A stretch of DNA of 64,000 nt from Candidatus Bathyarchaeota archaeon (GTDB taxonomy: Archaea > Thermoproteota > Bathyarchaeia > Bathyarchaeales > Bathycorpusculaceae): assembly GCA_963702095.1 (NCBI GenBank), contig OY969706.1, positions 1,056,001 to 1,120,000 on the forward strand, read 5' to 3'. Below are positions 20,706 through 29,939 of this stretch, piece after piece. The notes beneath the pieces are model-generated. The model did not search any database. It saw only the letters and a program-made list of their open reading frames with translations, and was not told where the DNA came from. The position numbers and the translations under genes were made by a program. How positions within the stretch are numbered: position 1 is the first letter of the stretch; the number at the start of each line of letters is the position of its first letter.

Positions 20706-20837
20706 CTTGGCTACAAAGCATGAGGCTATGGAAATCTTTTTCTTGCCTAAAGAGGCGGTGCTTCTGGAGTTTAAGCGTGTAAACGGTTTTGAGACTTTGT
20801 ATGTCAATATGAGGTTTCAGATCAGCGCTACCGATGG
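20706..20837. repeat. Conserved non-coding element B2
   Basis: Copy of 16030-16146. Confidence 0.8.
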
Positions 20838-20947
20838 CAACCGCTTGCGTTTAATTTCACCGTGTGAATTGCTATCATTTTTTGAGTCAGGAGTTAAAAG
20901 CCTTTGTTCAACTTGTAGGTTTTTGATTAATTATGGCTACCAACATT

Positions 20948-23662
20948 CTAAAGGTCATCAGGGTCTATGCCGTGCAAAGTTTTGTTGGATTTAAACAACT
21001 CAATTATTCTTTCAGCTGTAAGTTTACCCTGCCAAAATTGAACAATCATGTCACCGATAATAGGCGCTGAAATCAGGGTCACCTTGGAACTAATTGCATT
21101 ATCCTTTGCAACATCAGCAAAATCTGGATAACCCAAAGTCATGTTCACTACAGGTTTGTATTTAGCCCCTTTACCAAGAACTTCCTCCGCTTCAATAGCC
21201 GAGACCCGCCCAATTTCTTTTCGTTTTACTTCAATTGCAATTAAGCCTTCTGGAATAGTAATCAAAATGTCTGGACTGTGCTGGTCTTTATCCCCCACAA
21301 ATTCAGACTTGATACCAAACTCAGCAGTAAACACCTGTGCCAAGTGCCTTGCTAAGTCGTCGCCGTGAGTTTCATAAAGCCCATCGATTGCACCCGTTTC
21401 TTTTCCCATCTTCTTTGCTAGCCTAATTTGACTGGACCTCTTTCTTTGGGCTTCGTTTTTGATATACGCTTCAACTGACTCTTTTATTCGCAATGCCAGA
21501 GAGTCTCCGATATCAGAAACTTTTGCCAACTCGTCAATGCTGGCTTTAAGAATATTATCGATGTCAACGAATCCTGCTTTTACCAGATTCATTGCCCGCC
21601 TTCTATGTATGCCTTGAATTCTTAACCTAATTATCGGAAGTGCTTCTTTGGGTACACCAAAATAAATGCGCTCTGACAAGTCGTATAGGAATTTGACGAA
21701 ATCATCGTCAAAATTGAAAAGAGGTTTCTCTGCTAAGCGCGCAAGACCATGAAGTATCCATTGGATATTGTCAGCCACCCTGTGAATTACACCTGGCGGT
21801 GCATATTGGCTTAATTCAATGTATTGTGCTCCCTCTGTCCATCTTAAAAGCATTCGAGTTGTCCTTAGACTTGCTAAGAAGATGTCAGGGGAGGGTTTGT
21901 ATATGAAAGCATCTTTATGCATAAACCAAATTGCTTGTAATTCTTGTGTTTCCGCTTGGCTTTTGGGGGGATAAACCCTTTCAGCGCCATTGGTGCAACA
22001 ACAGAGATGAATAATTCCCTCAGTGATTAATTCGTAGTTACCCTTGGAAAATTTAGCTTCATTGGCTTGAAGTACGGTTTTAAGAAGGATTATTGCTTTT
22101 GGGGTAAGTAGCTCTTCTGCACATCGTAAGCCTAGTTCAGTTGCCTCTAACTTTCCATTTTCTTTTACTAAGCCACCATTTTTGAGTACGCCTATTTCTT
22201 TTTCTATCATTTCTACGATTTCTTTTTTGTAAGTCTCTGGCTTATCGATAGAATATTGAAAACCGAAAAGTGTGTTTTGGAGACAGAAACTTAATTCGTC
22301 TGTGTTAGAGCAAGTTTTAGAGCTTATTAGTTGTAATAACGAGCAGTCTAAGCCTTCACATTTCGAAATTTGAGAGGTAATCCTTTCAGGTTTCGTATTT
22401 ACGTAGTTATCCCAAAAGTATTCTAAAGTTCTCTCATCAGACGCCAACAAAATTGATCTGCCAAACTGGTCGGGTCCCCTTAATCGTCCAGCTCTTCCTG
22501 AAATATTTTTGTAACTTGACACTGAGAGTGGTTGACCATCATAATATCGGGTGAAAAGAATGACAGCATTTTTTGCTGGTGTATTGACTCCAGCAGAAAG
22601 TGTTGGTGTGGTGCAAATTATTCGGATATTTCCATTCTTAAATTCTTTCTCGACGAACCTACGTTCATCAGCTAGCAAACCTGAATGATGGAAAGATACG
22701 CCATGTGGAACAGACTTTTTGAGTTTGGCAGTGGTAGGTGTTGCCTCTAACAGCTCATCGAGTTTCTCCAATTCACGCTCAAGTTGAGGAAGTATCGGCA
22801 TCTCTTTTGCCAAACCTTCAGCAAGTTCCTCTGCCTTAAGTTGTGTGTTAACAAAAACTAAGCATTGTTCTGTTTTGCTTGTTTGGACTATTTCCCCGTA
22901 TGTCTGTATCATTAAACCTTTTTCAATTCCGACATTCCCAGAATTGAATTCTCTATATAGGAAATCTCTATTATTGAGGGCTTGCCCATGAAACTTAATA
23001 GGAGCTGTTCCTGAGTAGAAAATGCCTTCTCTAAGTTCAACATCCCTCTCTTGAATGTTTATAAGACCACAGCTGAGCCATTTTGCAAGAATATCAGCAT
23101 TTGTGATAGTAGCGGAAAGTCCAATAATTTGAATATCTTTGGTAAAGAAGATTAACCGTGTAAGTAACATTTCAAGGGAAATCCCACGAGTATTATCGCC
23201 TATATGCTGTATTTCGTCGATTACAACTAAGCCTATATTGTCCAGAATCTTGGGTCTTTTTACTATTAATGAGTTAAGCTTTTCATATGTTGCAATTATT
23301 ACGTCAAAGGATAGCAACTCATTATCAAATTCATAATGATCAGATGTGGAAATAGCGGTTTTTAGTCCCCAGGTGCCGTATTTTTCTTCAAAGTCTTTGT
23401 ACATTTGTTCGGCTAACGCTCGTAGAGGAACTAAAAAGAAGCTTTTTTTATCTTGTTTTTTTGAAGCGTTTAGAGCTGCAAGTTCGCCTATGAAGGTCTT
23501 ACCAGTATTTGTTGGAGCACTTACAAGAAGGTTCTTGCCTTCAAAAAGACCTGATTGAACTGCCGCTTCTTGTGCTTTTGTAAGACTTTCAAAGCATAGT
23601 TCTTTAAGCCGGTCAATGATCGTCTGACTTAGGCCAAACCCTGCGAGCTCATCAATACGCAT
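20948..23662 (-). CDS. Hel308/Ski2-like SF2 helicase with HhH and a C-terminal PD-(D/E)XK nuclease domain
   Basis: APTNTGKT, DEIQ, GLSAT, FHHSGL, TPTLSAGVNTP, SGRAGR; C-terminal SPDILI...IAIEVK. Confidence 0.88.
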   Translation of the reverse strand: MRIDELAGFGLSQTIIDRLKELCFESLTKAQEAAVQSGLFEGKNLLVSAPTNTGKTFIGELAALNASKKQDKKSFFLVPLRALAEQMYKDFEEKYGTWGLKTAISTSDHYEFDNELLSFDVIIATYEKLNSLIVKRPKILDNIGLVVIDEIQHIGDNTRGISLEMLLTRLIFFTKDIQIIGLSATITNADILAKWLSCGLINIQERDVELREGIFYSGTAPIKFHGQALNNRDFLYREFNSGNVGIEKGLMIQTYGEIVQTSKTEQCLVFVNTQLKAEELAEGLAKEMPILPQLERELEKLDELLEATPTTAKLKKSVPHGVSFHHSGLLADERRFVEKEFKNGNIRIICTTPTLSAGVNTPAKNAVILFTRYYDGQPLSVSSYKNISGRAGRLRGPDQFGRSILLASDERTLEYFWDNYVNTKPERITSQISKCEGLDCSLLQLISSKTCSNTDELSFCLQNTLFGFQYSIDKPETYKKEIVEMIEKEIGVLKNGGLVKENGKLEATELGLRCAEELLTPKAIILLKTVLQANEAKFSKGNYELITEGIIHLCCCTNGAERVYPPKSQAETQELQAIWFMHKDAFIYKPSPDIFLASLRTTRMLLRWTEGAQYIELSQYAPPGVIHRVADNIQWILHGLARLAEKPLFNFDDDFVKFLYDLSERIYFGVPKEALPIIRLRIQGIHRRRAMNLVKAGFVDIDNILKASIDELAKVSDIGDSLALRIKESVEAYIKNEAQRKRSSQIRLAKKMGKETGAIDGLYETHGDDLARHLAQVFTAEFGIKSEFVGDKDQHSPDILITIPEGLIAIEVKRKEIGRVSAIEAEEVLGKGAKYKPVVNMTLGYPDFADVAKDNAISSKVTLISAPIIGDMIVQFWQGKLTAERIIELFKSNKTLHGIDPDDL

Positions 23663-23739
23663 TCTGTTTACCTAATGAATGCTTATTGCTAGCGTCAATA
23701 TATAAGCTAACTCGCTATTCATGGTTCGACAAGGTATTA

Positions 23740-24450
23740 CTATAAAACCTTTGTTTCGTTTAGTAACTCAGTTGTTTTTTCAATAAGTAAATCTACAAGT
23801 TCCCCCCGCTCAACATAGTCAAATTCATAGACGATTCGAGTGTAGTCAACATAAGCACTATCAGTTCTGACAACATCGAGGATACAGGGATTTATCAATT
23901 GGTGAATATTTCTTAATCGTTTCAACTTGTCAGCAGCCGATTGGGGGTTTTCATTTGGTCTTATTTCTGGAAAGTCAGGGGTTGGAGCAAATCTGTAATA
24001 ATTCTGAAAAGGGTCCTGATAATCTCGGAGCTTTTCAAATCGAGGATTCATGGGTTTAACCTCTAAATGGTGAACTACACCATTTCGGAACACTTGTATG
24101 GTTTCATATAGACTCCTCCATTTTTCTCGAAGCGAAGGCGTAGGTGTAAACTTGCAGTTATCGGTCTCCGTTAGTTGATATCCTCTTTTATCTTGATGCA
24201 TTGCAGAATGGTTGTAACGAGTTGCGCGACAATCGGGTGTTCCATCGAAAATTTCTATGGTTGTCTCTCTGAGAACCGCAAGAATAGCAACATATGTCGG
24301 TAAGTCTGTGCCTTTAAGTGAGACCCAATCGTTCCTTACGGCGTCCCACCACTGCTTAGTTACTTCTAAACTTCGGCACCAATCATAACATATTTCACAT
24401 TTTAGCATACTAGAGCGATATGTGGCATACTGTTCATAGCATTTTCTCAA
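23740..24450 (-). CDS. Putative HEPN-domain protein
   Basis: Helical protein with Rx4H motif FRNGVVH. Confidence 0.5.
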   Translation of the reverse strand: MRKCYEQYATYRSSMLKCEICYDWCRSLEVTKQWWDAVRNDWVSLKGTDLPTYVAILAVLRETTIEIFDGTPDCRATRYNHSAMHQDKRGYQLTETDNCKFTPTPSLREKWRSLYETIQVFRNGVVHHLEVKPMNPRFEKLRDYQDPFQNYYRFAPTPDFPEIRPNENPQSAADKLKRLRNIHQLINPCILDVVRTDSAYVDYTRIVYEFDYVERGELVDLLIEKTTELLNETKVL

Positions 24451-24572
24451 ATTATCTGCCTAAGAGTCATTCAGAAAAGCCTGCTGATGAATTTATGGAA
24501 AAAGAGAAATACCAAGAATAGAGTTATGGATAGGTTATCCCAAGCATAGAATGCCCAGATTTCCTTTGAGTA

Positions 24573-26162
24573 ATGCTTGGAAAGGAAAATGAAATGCAGG
24601 ATAAATGTGAAAAAGAGGTTGACGACGCCTCATACGTAGTAGCGCTCGGATATTCTAACGTACCTCAAATTGTTAAAGAGAACCCTGTTATTGTAGTTGG
24701 AATATTAACAACAAAAAATTTAATGGATCAGTTAGAAAATGTGGAGTTCGATAAAAAAGAGAATGTAATTCATAGAAAAAATAGTCTTCTTGAACTCGAA
24801 GAAATAGCCGAAGATCTCTCAGAATACGTTCTTGAGTTTAGGGTTAAAATAATTGAGTCTATGACTCACCCCATTAGTGAGATAAAAGAAGTATATACTT
24901 CGATAATAAAAGACCTCATGGAAGGAACACTTTACCAATTCCAAAAAAGCATAGTTTACACTCGAAAGGTACTAGATTATGGCTTTGAGGAAAAGGAAAT
25001 TGCACCCGACCTTCCAAGTAATTCAAAAGTAATATATTGCCCGAAAAAGGATCCTAATAAATTCATAAGATTGGCAAGACTTCTTGCAAGACTTCACTAT
25101 GAAAGAGAAAAAACCATTACGTTATCAAGCGCTTTGGACCGAGTAAAAAGAAGTTACCCCAATAATTTCCAAATTGTTCGTATACGTTGGAATAGCCCGT
25201 CAATTGATGATTACAATGATCTTAACGTTGGCCCACCTTTTATGGTTATGAAGAAACCATTTGCAGCGCATTATGAAACTCAGTCCATTATGGTTGGTAA
25301 ACGGCTTAATATTTCACCTATCGCCCGTTTTTGCAGCGGGCAAGATAATGATGGCGAGATATCAAGATGTATACACAGTAATGGAAGCGAGAATCCATAC
25401 GGAGCTCTTGCAATTGACTCCTCTGGTGAGACGTGTGAAGATTGTTCCGCCCAGACGCGTTATCTAAAATGTGCGTACCAGAGACCTGCGTGCGATGGCA
25501 AGACCGTAGCCTGCAAAAATTATGCTTTTGCAGGAATTTTTTGTTTGGGTGCACACGCATTATATGTAACGCATTTTGGAAACACATTGAAAGTGGGAAC
25601 TGCTTTTGGAAGTAATGTAATCGGAAGATTACTAGAACAAGGTGCTGCTAGTGCTCTCGTAATATACCCAATTAATGGGGTAAAAATAGCAAGTGATCTT
25701 GAGCTAGCGATTACACGTTGCCTCAAAGAGAGGTTTATCCAAGGAACTGAACAATTGTGTGGTGGTGAGATTTCAAAGGTCGTATTTAAGGGACCGTCTA
25801 ATGAATACAGATTAAGTACTTTTCTACAAACATGGCATAATACTCGAGTTGAGATGTTGGAGGATATCCGTCGATACCTTTTCTCGGCAACTTTAAAGCT
25901 AGAGCAAGGTAACATCCATTTGAATAAAGCAAGCGTTGATTCCTCAATTGTTTCTTTAACTGATTGTTATGAGAATCCTGGTAACTCGTTTGAATTTGAA
26001 AAGAACTTAAAAGTAGTCAGAAAACGGTTCCAACAGTGTCAATCATCATTCACAGGCAAAGTTGTTGGATATAGAGGACCGTTTGTTTTTCTAGATTCAG
26101 GCAGTATATTAGATTTGAAAGCTATACAAGGCTTTGTGGTGGAGGGAAATTTAAGTGAGTGA
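24573..26162 (+). CDS. DUF2797-like Cys-rich/GIY-YIG-type protein with N-terminal extension
   Basis: Cys clusters followed by HALYVTHFGNTLKVGT...RLLEQGA..A...LE; terminal GKVVGYRG.F...DLKAIQG. Confidence 0.75.
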   Translation: MLGKENEMQDKCEKEVDDASYVVALGYSNVPQIVKENPVIVVGILTTKNLMDQLENVEFDKKENVIHRKNSLLELEEIAEDLSEYVLEFRVKIIESMTHPISEIKEVYTSIIKDLMEGTLYQFQKSIVYTRKVLDYGFEEKEIAPDLPSNSKVIYCPKKDPNKFIRLARLLARLHYEREKTITLSSALDRVKRSYPNNFQIVRIRWNSPSIDDYNDLNVGPPFMVMKKPFAAHYETQSIMVGKRLNISPIARFCSGQDNDGEISRCIHSNGSENPYGALAIDSSGETCEDCSAQTRYLKCAYQRPACDGKTVACKNYAFAGIFCLGAHALYVTHFGNTLKVGTAFGSNVIGRLLEQGAASALVIYPINGVKIASDLELAITRCLKERFIQGTEQLCGGEISKVVFKGPSNEYRLSTFLQTWHNTRVEMLEDIRRYLFSATLKLEQGNIHLNKASVDSSIVSLTDCYENPGNSFEFEKNLKVVRKRFQQCQSSFTGKVVGYRGPFVFLDSGSILDLKAIQGFVVEGNLSE

Positions 26163-28683
26163 TGACTATTCTTACGATTCGTACTTTTTAGAACTATTTG
26201 AGTTACAAACAGAGGAATTCTTGACCAGTTTTAGGGAATTACCCTTCTCACTATACCTTCCTCAACATTCAGAGAAAGTGCGCGCTCTATTTCCAAAAGA
26301 CTTCAAACGATTTGCATATTTTTCAGGGATGCTTGAATCGGGGGATTTTATTACCGCCTATATGGAGAAAAATCGTCAAGCATACCTTGTTTCTTCAAGT
26401 GATTTATCGACAAAACAATTTTTTGCGTTTGGAAGACAAGAATCCGATTATAAAGTTACCTTTAAAAAAATAGAAAACATTTCAGCTGCCGAGGTTTTGC
26501 AGCATGCTCCTTGGTTGATGGATCATTTTCTTTATTCATTCTTACGAAAGTCCATTCCTAATAACTTCAGATGCGAGGGTTCAGTGGCTTACGACATTAG
26601 TGCTGATTTACTTACTGGGAAAGAGGTCAAATCAACCAACGCACTTCTATCTAATTTGGCAGTATACCCCGCAGTAACCTTTTCAATTAACCACTATGGC
26701 GAAAAAATATATATTCATCTATCTCCGACCACCAGAATTTTGTCCAAAGCATCGATTCACAGGATTCAGCAGAATGCTGACTTCTCAAAAGACATAGTAA
26801 AGTATGTACGTTTAGATCTTGGCAAAATCAGCAGGTTTGCCGAAATTAAGGAAATCACCGAATTGCATAGTGATGTAAAAATTAATTCTGAAGCTTTTGG
26901 AAATAGAAATTTTCTTGAATTCGCTAGAGCCAATTACCCTGACATTCAACTGAACGATCCCAAAGCCAAATTGGCGATAGTTATTCCTTCGGGTTCTTCA
27001 AATTCATGGGTTTTCTCCTCAGAGGCCATGTATCCTTCATTCAATTTCCAAGCTATTGATGCTCTAGATCCCAAATTTTTTAAAAGCCTTCTTGGCATCA
27101 TAAAGGCTAGATCAGTAGCCAGATTGGAAAACGCAAGGCAGTTTGTTACAGCCATAAATCCGCTGAGTTCACCTTGCGGAGTAATTGAGATTAATGAAAC
27201 ACCTTTCACATCGAGAATATTGGTCAACGCTCCTTTCCTTCACAGCAATAAAATTGACGAAAGAAACCTCGAAAGACTCTCTGTGTCAGATGATGGCGCC
27301 GTTTTCGAGGCTCCATCAATTAGTTTAAGGGTTGCCGATAGCAAAGGTACATTCAGTGAAAAAACTATTTATCCGGGAATTGATCGTAAATTTGCTAATC
27401 TAAACGATTTGATGAAATGGCCAAATTTAGCACCTCTTGAGCCTATCCCCGAAATAAAAATTTGTTTGATAGTCGATAAAAAATTGGAAAATCAATGGAG
27501 CGCCGAGAAGGAAAACTTTAAACAAGCGTTGCTAAAAGGTGTGAATAATTACAAGTATTCATTTTCAGGGTTTGAGCAAACTTTTAAGTGCCCAATCGTG
27601 ATGTTGAATGAGTTTATAGTCGGCGACTTTTTTGGGGCTGAATTCGAAGAAGTTGTTAAGAAAATAAGTCCGGCTAACTTTGACTGCATTATTCTTATAA
27701 TTCCCCGATGGCTTGAATCAGCCCTTTCATCTAAGCAGATTTATTTGGTTCCAAAGGAAAAAATCATGCAAAAGGGCGTTCCAGTGCAGGTTATCGCAAA
27801 TGATCCAACTAGGGTAAAAGGAACGCTCAAGGATAAAGTTAGAGATCCATTTGTCATGTTTGGCTTGGCATTAAATATTGCTGCTAAACCTGGATATCGG
27901 CTTACTGCTTTCTCTAAAGAATTTGCTGACAAAATAATCGGAAACTCTGTAGTAATGGGCTATAACATAACGCGGATAACTCCTAAGTTGAGGAGTCTCG
28001 AACAAAACAGTACTTTAGAAGAGCGTATGGGTAAAACTATCCCTCTTGTAGCCCCACTCTTTATTATTGACAATAGAGGCTCTCGCATACTTCATTGGAA
28101 TTTTTATCAACCAACTTCCGAAGTAACGCTTTTTTCTGAGTTTGGTGATAAAATATTTAACAAAATTCCCAATGATGTTCAAAGGGTAATCATTCACAAA
28201 GACGGCCCCTTCAAGGATAATGAACTGAAGGTTCTTGAAAGTTTTAATACCGCCGACAGAAAAGTTATCCCCATCTCGATCACGCAATCAAATGCTTTGA
28301 GAATGCATAATGCATCGCATATAGGTGTAGGCAACGAGATTCAGCGTGGCGTCTTTCTAAAGTTGGATAACCGCAACTTCGAACTAGCAACAACGACTAT
28401 TCAAAGCTGGGACGCAACAAATTGGGGTTGGCCGCATCCTATTCACGTTCGAATACATGCAAATCAGGAATATGTTCAAAACCTGAAATTACTGTATCAT
28501 ATTTTCGCTCTTACTAAGATGCATTTTGGATCGCAACGTCCTACGCGGGCGCCAATTTCTATCCATTACGCAAATATGGTATCGACATTTCTACGTGCCC
28601 TTGGTGACGAAGCTCCTTCATTCCATCAAAGCTTCGAAAAAGTCTTTAATGAGAAGGGAAGAATGCCCTTATGGTTCCTTTAA
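26155..28683 (+). CDS. ago: Long prokaryotic Argonaute, predicted catalytically inactive
   Basis: 842 aa; MID pocket Y..K..Q..K (IYLVPK, GVPVQVI, NIAAKPG); PIWI motifs VVMGYN, IIHKDG, LTKM, RAPISIHYAN, C-terminal PLWFL. Confidence 0.9.
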   Translation: MSDDYSYDSYFLELFELQTEEFLTSFRELPFSLYLPQHSEKVRALFPKDFKRFAYFSGMLESGDFITAYMEKNRQAYLVSSSDLSTKQFFAFGRQESDYKVTFKKIENISAAEVLQHAPWLMDHFLYSFLRKSIPNNFRCEGSVAYDISADLLTGKEVKSTNALLSNLAVYPAVTFSINHYGEKIYIHLSPTTRILSKASIHRIQQNADFSKDIVKYVRLDLGKISRFAEIKEITELHSDVKINSEAFGNRNFLEFARANYPDIQLNDPKAKLAIVIPSGSSNSWVFSSEAMYPSFNFQAIDALDPKFFKSLLGIIKARSVARLENARQFVTAINPLSSPCGVIEINETPFTSRILVNAPFLHSNKIDERNLERLSVSDDGAVFEAPSISLRVADSKGTFSEKTIYPGIDRKFANLNDLMKWPNLAPLEPIPEIKICLIVDKKLENQWSAEKENFKQALLKGVNNYKYSFSGFEQTFKCPIVMLNEFIVGDFFGAEFEEVVKKISPANFDCIILIIPRWLESALSSKQIYLVPKEKIMQKGVPVQVIANDPTRVKGTLKDKVRDPFVMFGLALNIAAKPGYRLTAFSKEFADKIIGNSVVMGYNITRITPKLRSLEQNSTLEERMGKTIPLVAPLFIIDNRGSRILHWNFYQPTSEVTLFSEFGDKIFNKIPNDVQRVIIHKDGPFKDNELKVLESFNTADRKVIPISITQSNALRMHNASHIGVGNEIQRGVFLKLDNRNFELATTTIQSWDATNWGWPHPIHVRIHANQEYVQNLKLLYHIFALTKMHFGSQRPTRAPISIHYANMVSTFLRALGDEAPSFHQSFEKVFNEKGRMPLWFL

Positions 28684-28694
28684 GGTGAATAGAT

Positions 28695-29366
28695 ATGGTT
28701 GGTGGCGACACTGGAAAAGAAGGTATTGGTTATGAAGAATTGACTTTAGCGTTTCTCCTTTGTGGACCCTACGAAGTCGGCGCTTGTGAGTATGTTAACT
28801 TTGAAAGAGCAAGGGAATGGGAAATCAACCCTAAGCTTTTCAACTCAAAAATTCTCCAAATCCCATTTACAATTGATGTAGATTTTTTTATTAAAACGCC
28901 AGCTGTATACCATATTTTCTTCTGCAAAAGTTCAAGAAAGCTGGAAAAAAATAGCCCAAAAGAGTACTTTGAGAAAGCCCTCAGTACTTTTTGCGTTCTT
29001 GAAAGTCGTGGAAAAGAAAAATTTCAGGATAATTTTAAGTACTATTTCTTTTCCGACGCCATTCCTTGGCATTTAGTTAAGGATTTGCCAACTCGAGACA
29101 CTATCGAGCTCTCAGCAACGTTACTCAAATCAATGGGTTGTAAGAACACTGCAAAAAATAGGCAAATGTTTTCTCAACCGATTATAGCGGCAGTAAAACA
29201 AAAAACTAGATTTTGCCAGATTGACGAGGCGCTAATAAAAGAAAGAAAACCGCGTTTTCCTCAATTTGATGATATCGTCTCTCAGATTGCACAAGCTAAG
29301 CGTGAAGTTGAGCAAGCAATAAGTGCGCTTTTCCTCGGACTCTGTAGCTCAAGTATCTTTAGGTAA
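28695..29366 (+). CDS. Putative PD-(D/E)XK nuclease (Cap4/DUF4297-like N-terminus), pAgo-associated
   Basis: GGDTGKEGIGYE...DVD...FFCKS pattern; AGGTGA RBS; starts 11 nt after the ago stop. Confidence 0.55.
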   Translation: MVGGDTGKEGIGYEELTLAFLLCGPYEVGACEYVNFERAREWEINPKLFNSKILQIPFTIDVDFFIKTPAVYHIFFCKSSRKLEKNSPKEYFEKALSTFCVLESRGKEKFQDNFKYYFFSDAIPWHLVKDLPTRDTIELSATLLKSMGCKNTAKNRQMFSQPIIAAVKQKTRFCQIDEALIKERKPRFPQFDDIVSQIAQAKREVEQAISALFLGLCSSSIFR

Positions 29367-29838
29367 AGGTAGCAATCATTTAGGCAAACAATTCACTGTT
29401 GGAAAAACCACCTTCTCAATAGGAAATTATAAAAAAATACTTAGCGCTGCTAAATCATTTCAAAAGTCAAACAAAGAGCTAAAAATATTTGGTCACTTAA
29501 TTGATGAATTCAAGTTTTTAGGGAGTGACGAACCCGAAAGTATTGCAGGTATCTGTATTCTTTTTAATGACATTGTCTTCCCCCAAAATAATCTGGAAAT
29601 TTCGATGGCTATTACTCTAAATAATTACGATATTATTTTGTTCAAGCATAAGGAATTGTCAGACTTAATATGGGAAAAGTTGGATAGAAAACAAGGAAAA
29701 TACAACCTGTCTAATGTTAATGTACTTCGACAATTTGATGAAAAAACCGCTGTCGCTATTGCAATGCGAGCTTTTTCTAAAGGTCGATCAACCGATTTAA
29801 TGGAAAATAAATTCATTGTGCGAACCGACGAGATGTAG
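29323..29838 (+). CDS. Hypothetical protein, possibly the frameshifted C-terminal half of 28695..29366
   Basis: 44-nt overlap, GTG start without a clear RBS. Confidence 0.5.
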   Translation: MRFSSDSVAQVSLGKGSNHLGKQFTVGKTTFSIGNYKKILSAAKSFQKSNKELKIFGHLIDEFKFLGSDEPESIAGICILFNDIVFPQNNLEISMAITLNNYDIILFKHKELSDLIWEKLDRKQGKYNLSNVNVLRQFDEKTAVAIAMRAFSKGRSTDLMENKFIVRTDEM

Positions 29839-29939
29839 TAGACGTGTATTTCTAATTCTAATCTAATTTATATACAAAATACTGACTACATTATACAAAT
29901 CTAACGATTTGCTAGAAAAACTATGGAAGTTCAAGAGCA

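Noticed and set aside
26155-28683. pAgo as an active slicer
   Set aside because: Two expected catalytic Asp positions appear as Asn by motif inspection
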